Assembly: GCA_964429665.1 (NCBI GenBank)
Contig: CAYSDO010000002.1
Coordinates: 1 to 46,661 of the forward strand
Reading direction: 5' to 3'
DNA: 46,661 nucleotides
DNA from: an uncultured Bifidobacterium sp.
GTDB lineage: Bacteria; Verrucomicrobiota; Verrucomicrobiia; Limisphaerales; JADLHS01
The position numbers and the translations under genes were made by a program. Shown here in pieces: positions 41,628-46,661 of this stretch. The notes beneath the pieces are model-generated. The model saw only the letters and a program-made list of their open reading frames with translations. It was not told where the DNA came from and did not search any database. Every line of letters starts with the position of its first letter. The first letter of the stretch is position 1.

Positions 41628-43790
41628 ATGGAACTTCGCGAATTTGCCGAGCGCATTCTGTTTGCCACGTCGCTGGAGGAAAAACTCCGGCAACCGGACA
41701 ACATCACGGATGAGAAACCCGGGCCCGCGCTCATCGCTCCCGTTGCGCCCGGTCGTCCTGCCTCGCTCCAGTTCAAACCGCACGCCACCGGCAAGGCGGA
41801 ATTCCCTGGACTTCACCAGCTCGAAAACAGACAGGAACGCGGCCGTCTCCTTCATTTCTTTGCCAACCATGAACTGCTCGCCACGGAACTCATGGCACTC
41901 GTGCTCCTGAAATTTCCCGATGCGCCGGCTTCTTTCCGCAAGGGTGTCCTGCAAACGCTGAAGGACGAACAGGAACACACACGGCTTTACATGGAGCGCA
42001 TGAAGGCGTGCGGCATCGAGTTCGGGGCGCTGCCGGTGAGCGGCTATTTCTGGCGCTGCGTCGCGCCGATGGAGCACCCGATTGATTATGTGGCGGGCCT
42101 TTGCCTCACGTTCGAGCAGGCCAACCTGGACTTCGCGCGCCACTTCGCTCAGGGCTTCGGCAAAGTCGGCGATGCAGACACTTCAACGTTGCTGGAAAAA
42201 ATCTACAGAGACGAAATTGGGCATGTGGCTTACGGACTGAAATGGTTCCGGCGCTGGAAGAATCCTGGCGAAAACGATTGGGAAACTTTCTGCCGCACCC
42301 TCAAGTTCCCGCTCTCGCCGCAGCGCGCAAAAGGATTCGCACTGAATGTCGATGGCCGTCGCGCTGCCGGATTTGACTCGCAATTCATTGCCGAGCTGAA
42401 TGTCTATTCGCAATCCAGAGGTCGCACGCCGGGTGTGTTTGTTTTCAACCCGTTCGCAGAAGGACGCATCGCAGAGGGCAGATCATTCAACCCAGCAAAG
42501 CACCAGGCCCAGCTCGCACGCGATTTGGAGAACCTGCCACAGTTTCTATGTCGTCAGGATGACATCGTGCTGGTGCAACAGCGGCCATCGGTGGAATTTC
42601 TCAGCGGCATCAAACAGGCGGGTTTTCCTTTGCCAGAATTTGTGGAGATGTTCGGTGACGGAGCGCAGCTGGGGTCGAAGACCCAGCCGCAGGAGGCAAA
42701 GCGGCCCCGGAGCGCTGCGACCAGTGCTGCGCACTCAGGCGCGCTTCGTGCCCTGGCCACGCGCAAACTCGGACGCCTGCGTCCGTGGGCGTGGTCGCCA
42801 GACAGTGTGGAACTGCTCACACCGCTGTTTGCAAACATGGCCGCAGAGCAACGGAGCGCGGATCAACGGTTCAACCCGGGCATCGCCCGGCTTTACTCAA
42901 AGGCTTGGAGCGCAGCATTGCTGAGACAAATCCTTGCGTCGGCTGCCGCGAAGGATTGCCTCTGCACGGAATACGAAGCCGGTGTTGCGGTGGATTCGGT
43001 CGAGGCCGCACTCGCAACGGTCGCAGCGATTCGCACCCGCGGCCATCACAGGGTTGTCGTCAAGGAAGCGGTCGGTGTCGCGGGCAGCAACGCGATCCGC
43101 CTGTTCGAGCCGGAGATTTTGGAATCACACCGTCGCTGGATGACCAAGGCATTGCAAGGCGGCCGGCAACTGGTGGTGGAGCCATGGCTGGAACGGCTCG
43201 CAGATTTTTCCATTCAACTAGAGATGTCAGCGGACGGTTTGAAGCTCTGCGGCTACACGGGATTGATCAATGACGCGAAAGGGCAATTCCAGGGCAACTA
43301 CGCCGAGTCCCATCATCACACTCGAATACCGGGCAGCATCGTGAAGTTGTTTCCCAAGGTGACAAACATCTCGCGGCTGATGCTCGATCTTTACGCGGAT
43401 GTTTTTTCGTTGCTCGAAAAGGAACTACGCCGTTTGGATTACCTTGGTCCGCTTGGCATGGACGCCTTGGTTTATCGCGATGTGCATGGTGAACCCCGCC
43501 TCAAGCCCATCGTGGAAATCAATCCGCGCTATACGATGGGCCGGGTGATGGTGGAACTGATGCGTCAGACTTTTCAAGGCAGCAAAGGATCGTTTCGATT
43601 GATCAACAAGGCGGCACTGCGAGCGGAAGGTTGCGAAGACTTTCAGGGCTATTCAAAAAAACTGGCAGAACAATTCCCGCTACGGCTCGAAGGCGAACCT
43701 GTCGCCCGGATTCGTGAAGGTGCAATCTGCCTCAATGATCCGACACGGGCACAATTTTGTCTGGCGGTATTCCAGGTACAGAAGACCTGA
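41628..43790 (+). CDS. fusion protein: N-terminal DUF455/ferritin-like di-iron domain + C-terminal ATP-grasp-like domain
   Basis: N-terminal domain: HELLATELMAL, KDEQEHTRLY (ExxH), TFEQANLDF, RDEIGHVAYG (ExxH). C-terminal domain: VVVKEAVGVAGSNAIRL, LVVEPWLERLADFSIQL, LGMDALVYRD..GEPRLKPIVEINPRYTMG. Start chosen at ATG 41628 (MELREFAERIL..); the track ORF begins at 41493, inside the terminator. Confidence 0.75.
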   Translation: MELREFAERILFATSLEEKLRQPDNITDEKPGPALIAPVAPGRPASLQFKPHATGKAEFPGLHQLENRQERGRLLHFFANHELLATELMALVLLKFPDAPASFRKGVLQTLKDEQEHTRLYMERMKACGIEFGALPVSGYFWRCVAPMEHPIDYVAGLCLTFEQANLDFARHFAQGFGKVGDADTSTLLEKIYRDEIGHVAYGLKWFRRWKNPGENDWETFCRTLKFPLSPQRAKGFALNVDGRRAAGFDSQFIAELNVYSQSRGRTPGVFVFNPFAEGRIAEGRSFNPAKHQAQLARDLENLPQFLCRQDDIVLVQQRPSVEFLSGIKQAGFPLPEFVEMFGDGAQLGSKTQPQEAKRPRSAATSAAHSGALRALATRKLGRLRPWAWSPDSVELLTPLFANMAAEQRSADQRFNPGIARLYSKAWSAALLRQILASAAAKDCLCTEYEAGVAVDSVEAALATVAAIRTRGHHRVVVKEAVGVAGSNAIRLFEPEILESHRRWMTKALQGGRQLVVEPWLERLADFSIQLEMSADGLKLCGYTGLINDAKGQFQGNYAESHHHTRIPGSIVKLFPKVTNISRLMLDLYADVFSLLEKELRRLDYLGPLGMDALVYRDVHGEPRLKPIVEINPRYTMGRVMVELMRQTFQGSKGSFRLINKAALRAEGCEDFQGYSKKLAEQFPLRLEGEPVARIREGAICLNDPTRAQFCLAVFQVQKT

Positions 43791-43924
43791 CCAACCCAGG
43801 AATAGTCAGTGGAATAACAACCTTCCCGCGAATAAATGGTTCGCTAGGTTTTCGATATCCACTCCTTCAGCATCCCGCTTGTCGCGCAGCCAGCGAGATG
43901 AAAGAGTGAAAATGGGCCATCACT

Positions 43925-45097
43925 TTATTTCGAATGATTCGGCATTACCGCAGCAGCAGCGCGACGCACATACTCTTCGTACGCCCATTCTCCGCTTGAA
44001 CCGGTCTGGCGGGTGATGACGAGGTCCAGACTTGGAACGAAGCAGATCAACTGGCCGCCGGAGCCGGGCTTGTACCGGGCATCTGGCGGAATGTCCTTTC
44101 CTTTGTCGCCGCCTTCGAGTGCCGGGAGTTCCCAGCCGTGCGACCACGAACGCGCGTCACGGCCAAAACTCTTTTTCGTTACACCGGTGACGGAATGAGT
44201 GGGTGCTCCGGTTTGTTCGATGAACCAATGCGGCACGACCTGCCGCCCGCCCCATCGACCGTCGCGCAGCACGCAATAGGCGATGCGGGCCAGTTCACGC
44301 GCCGGCAAGCCCAGGCTGTGCGAGGCGTGGCTGCCGTGTTCAGCGTCTCCCTGCAAAATCTGAAACCACCAGCGCTCGATGCCCAGCGGCTTGAGCAGAT
44401 GCTCGATGCAGTATTGATCGTAGGGTTGGCCGGTGACATTTTCGCAAACCAATGCAGCGTGATAGAGGCCGTGAGTGGAATACTCCAATGTCGTGCCTGG
44501 ATCGAAGAAGAGCTTTGACGTTTTCCCATCACCACCGTGACCCAGAATGTATTCCCATTTCTGTGCGTTCGCGATGCCGTAACCTTCGGGCGTGATGCCG
44601 GACGTGTGATTGAGCAGTTGCCTGACCTTGATCCGGGCCTTGCGAGAGTCGCTCAACGGCTGCGCCCACGGAATGAAATCAAACGCAGAATCATCGAACG
44701 TCATGCGGCGTGGGGTTTTGCCCTGCTGACTTTCCTCGGAAGCAATCGCGAGCACCGTCGCACAAATCGCCTTTGCGCAGGATTTGACGTCCCCGGTGTT
44801 GGTGATTGAACTGTGATCGCGTTCCACTTCGAGCACGATGTAGCCATTGCGGATGACCACCGCGCCGAAAGGCCGGTCGTCGAACTGCAACAACCATTGC
44901 TTCAAATCACCAAGCTTTGCCGGGTCCATTCCCGCCAAACGGCGGATGTCATCCGGGCTTTCAAGCTTGCGCCAGCCACCTTGGGATTCGGGCGGGGGGA
45001 AATACCCACTCTGATTGGATGTCGGAAGTTCGTTCCCACCCGCACAGGCCGTTGCCACCAGTGCGAGGCAGGCGACGACTTTAATCAAATAATTCAT
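43925..45097 (-). CDS. secreted serine hydrolase, beta-lactamase/esterase family
   Basis: Signal/lipoprotein-like N-terminus (VVACLALVATACAGG). FGAVVIRNGYIVLE...GDVKSCAKAICATVLAIA contains the S-x-x-K motif. LLNHTSGI lies downstream. Confidence 0.8.
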   Translation of the reverse strand: MNYLIKVVACLALVATACAGGNELPTSNQSGYFPPPESQGGWRKLESPDDIRRLAGMDPAKLGDLKQWLLQFDDRPFGAVVIRNGYIVLEVERDHSSITNTGDVKSCAKAICATVLAIASEESQQGKTPRRMTFDDSAFDFIPWAQPLSDSRKARIKVRQLLNHTSGITPEGYGIANAQKWEYILGHGGDGKTSKLFFDPGTTLEYSTHGLYHAALVCENVTGQPYDQYCIEHLLKPLGIERWWFQILQGDAEHGSHASHSLGLPARELARIAYCVLRDGRWGGRQVVPHWFIEQTGAPTHSVTGVTKKSFGRDARSWSHGWELPALEGGDKGKDIPPDARYKPGSGGQLICFVPSLDLVITRQTGSSGEWAYEEYVRRAAAAVMPNHSK

Positions 45098-45388
45098 TGG
45101 TTTTCATCCCACAACGTCGTGCGGATTTCGAATTGTCGTCCCAAGTGCAAATTCAGGTCGGGCTTTCATTCCGGAAGGCGCGGGTCAATCTGTCCGGAGG
45201 ACCACAGGCTGGACATTCAACGACCTTTTGCCCCGGACTGATGAACACAAACGGCTGTTCTCAAATTTCACCAATATCATCAAGTCACACTCGCACGACA
45301 ATTTACTTTGCGGCCTTGGCGACTCAAGATTTGTCTCTCGTTTCGCCGGGCGGTCAGTTAGGATGGATGAGTCGCAAAGACAAACTGC

Positions 45389-46661
45389 ATGACACCAACT
45401 CTATTTTCCGAACTGGGCCTCTCCGACGAAATGCTGAAGGCCATTGATAAACTCGGCTTTGAACAAGCCGCGCCAATCCAGGCTGCATCCATCCCGCTCC
45501 TGATGCAGGGCAAGGACATCGTCGGCCAATCGCAGACCGGCTCGGGCAAAACGGCAGCGTTCGGTATTCCCGCGGTGGAGAAGGTGGACACCAGCGTGCG
45601 CGGCGTGCAGGTGCTTGTTCTTTGTCCAACGCGCGAGCTGGCCATTCAGGTATCGGAAGAAATCCACAAGCTCGCGTTTTTCAAGCGTGGGGTGAATGCA
45701 TTGCCGATATACGGCGGGCAATCTTACGAGCGCCAGTTTGACGGCCTCCGGCGCGGCGCACAGATTGTGATAGGCACACCGGGACGCATCATGGACCACA
45801 TGCGCCGCGGCACGCTGCGTCTCGACACAGTGAAGATGGCAGTTCTCGATGAAGCGGACGTGATGCTGAACATGGGTTTCCGGGAGGACATCGAAACCAT
45901 TCTCAAAGATTCGCCCAGGGAGCGTCAGACGGTTTTTTTCTCCGCAACGATGCCGCGGCCTATCCGTGACCTGATTGAGAGGTACGCGCGCGATCCGCAG
46001 AACGTGAAGATCGAGCAGAAGGCGATGACCGTGCCAACGGTGGAGCAGGTTTACTACGAGGTGGACCGCCGGTTCAAAATCGAACTGCTGATGCGGCTCA
46101 TTGACATTCACGACCTCAAGCTCGGTATCATTTTCTGCAACACCAAGCGGATGGTGGACGATCTTGTGGATCATCTCGAAGCTGCCGGCTACATGGCTGA
46201 CCGTCTCCACGGCGACATGACGCAGGCGATGCGCGACCGTGTAATGAACAAGTTCCGCAAATCCGGTCTCGAATTCCTCGTCGCCACAGACATCGCCGCG
46301 CGCGGCATTGATGTGGACGATGTGCAGGTGGTCTTCAATTATGACCTGCCCTACGACGGCGAGGATTATGTGCATCGCATCGGGCGCACTGGTCGTGCAG
46401 GCCGCAGCGGGCGGGCGATCACGTTTGTTTCCGGCCGCGAACTGTTTCAGCTCCGCAACATCGAGCGCTACACCAACACGCGCATTCAGCGCGCCCGCGT
46501 TCCAACCGAAGCGGAAGTCTCGGACGCAAAAGAAAACGCGTTCATCGGCAAACTCCGCGCCACGCTCCAGAGCGGCGAATTCAAGAAGCAGGATCATTTG
46601 ATCGAGCGGCTGCTTGAAGAGGGATTTTCATCCACGGACATTGCCTCTGCGTGCCTCACAC
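45389..46661 (+). CDS. DEAD-box ATP-dependent RNA helicase, 5' part (runs off the window end)
   Basis: My translation from ATG 45389: MTPTLFSELGLSDEMLKAIDKLGFEQAAPIQ (Q motif), GQSQTGSGKTAAF (I), PTRELA (Ia), LDEADVML (II), FSAT (III), ARGIDV (V), HRIGRTGRAGRSG (VI). Not in the ORF track because there is no stop in the window. Confidence 0.95.
   Translation, partial: MTPTLFSELGLSDEMLKAIDKLGFEQAAPIQAASIPLLMQGKDIVGQSQTGSGKTAAFGIPAVEKVDTSVRGVQVLVLCPTRELAIQVSEEIHKLAFFKRGVNALPIYGGQSYERQFDGLRRGAQIVIGTPGRIMDHMRRGTLRLDTVKMAVLDEADVMLNMGFREDIETILKDSPRERQTVFFSATMPRPIRDLIERYARDPQNVKIEQKAMTVPTVEQVYYEVDRRFKIELLMRLIDIHDLKLGIIFCNTKRMVDDLVDHLEAAGYMADRLHGDMTQAMRDRVMNKFRKSGLEFLVATDIAARGIDVDDVQVVFNYDLPYDGEDYVHRIGRTGRAGRSGRAITFVSGRELFQLRNIERYTNTRIQRARVPTEAEVSDAKENAFIGKLRATLQSGEFKKQDHLIERLLEEGFSSTDIASACLT

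Noticed and set aside
45401-46597. 398-aa minus-strand ORF, the longest ORF in the track for this region
   Set aside because: It is the antisense shadow of a textbook DEAD-box helicase on the + strand, where all motifs Q, I, Ia, II, III, V and VI are readable from ATG 45389. Its own translation is low-complexity (R/A/H/V-rich) with no recognisable motifs.
1-46661. Search for tRNA/rRNA genes, transposases, integrases, PEP-CTERM-tailed substrates and known defence systems
   Set aside because: I found no cloverleaf-like GGTTCGAATCC-type T-arm, no rRNA-like stretches, no DDE/tyrosine-recombinase-like ORFs, no C-terminal PEP+TM+basic tails, and no nuclease/ATPase pairs typical of defence islands. 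Absence is by eye only and should be confirmed with tRNAscan-SE, Infernal/Rfam, ISEScan and DefenseFinder.

Overview
Moderately GC-rich bacterial window. As a guess from gene content and repeat flavour only, it is PVC/Verrucomicrobia-like. About 37 kb (2.4-39.5 kb) is one almost entirely plus-strand exopolysaccharide (EPS) biosynthesis/export locus of the exosortase (EpsH/Xrt) type. It encodes an AraC regulator, a predicted OM beta-barrel, a short OPX (Wza-like) protein and a Wzc-like co-polymerase/tyrosine kinase. It also encodes an exosortase-EpsI fusion, FemAB-like and GNAT acyltransferases, a DegT aminotransferase, a Wzx flippase and a Wzy-like polymerase. There is one GT2 and about seven GT-B glycosyltransferases, a PaaK/F390-synthetase-like adenylating enzyme, a WecA/WbpL-type initiating transferase, a WxcM/FdtA-like cupin and a WbpM/PglF/CapD-type dehydratase, plus DUF218, VanZ and TPR proteins. 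Several start/stop overlaps (4988/4991, 20900/20903, 23699/23702, 37539/37542) indicate translational coupling. The flanks carry the 3' part of panE, a secreted GH5, a DUF455-ATP-grasp fusion, a beta-lactamase-family hydrolase and the 5' part of a DEAD-box helicase. The helicase is missing from the ORF track because it has no stop in the window. The most unusual signal is not a gene. A mosaic family of A-poor short-period repeat modules (TTTCTGY, TTTCAGCN/GTCAGC, GTNGTCC, plus a ~36-nt hairpin with compensatory stem changes) fills nearly every gene junction of the EPS locus, almost always co-oriented with transcription. It brackets three small orphan genes and occurs three times in frame inside the exosortase CDS. 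No rRNA, tRNA, CRISPR array, transposase or integrase was recognised. Repeat-block boundaries are read by eye and good to about +/-5 bp.
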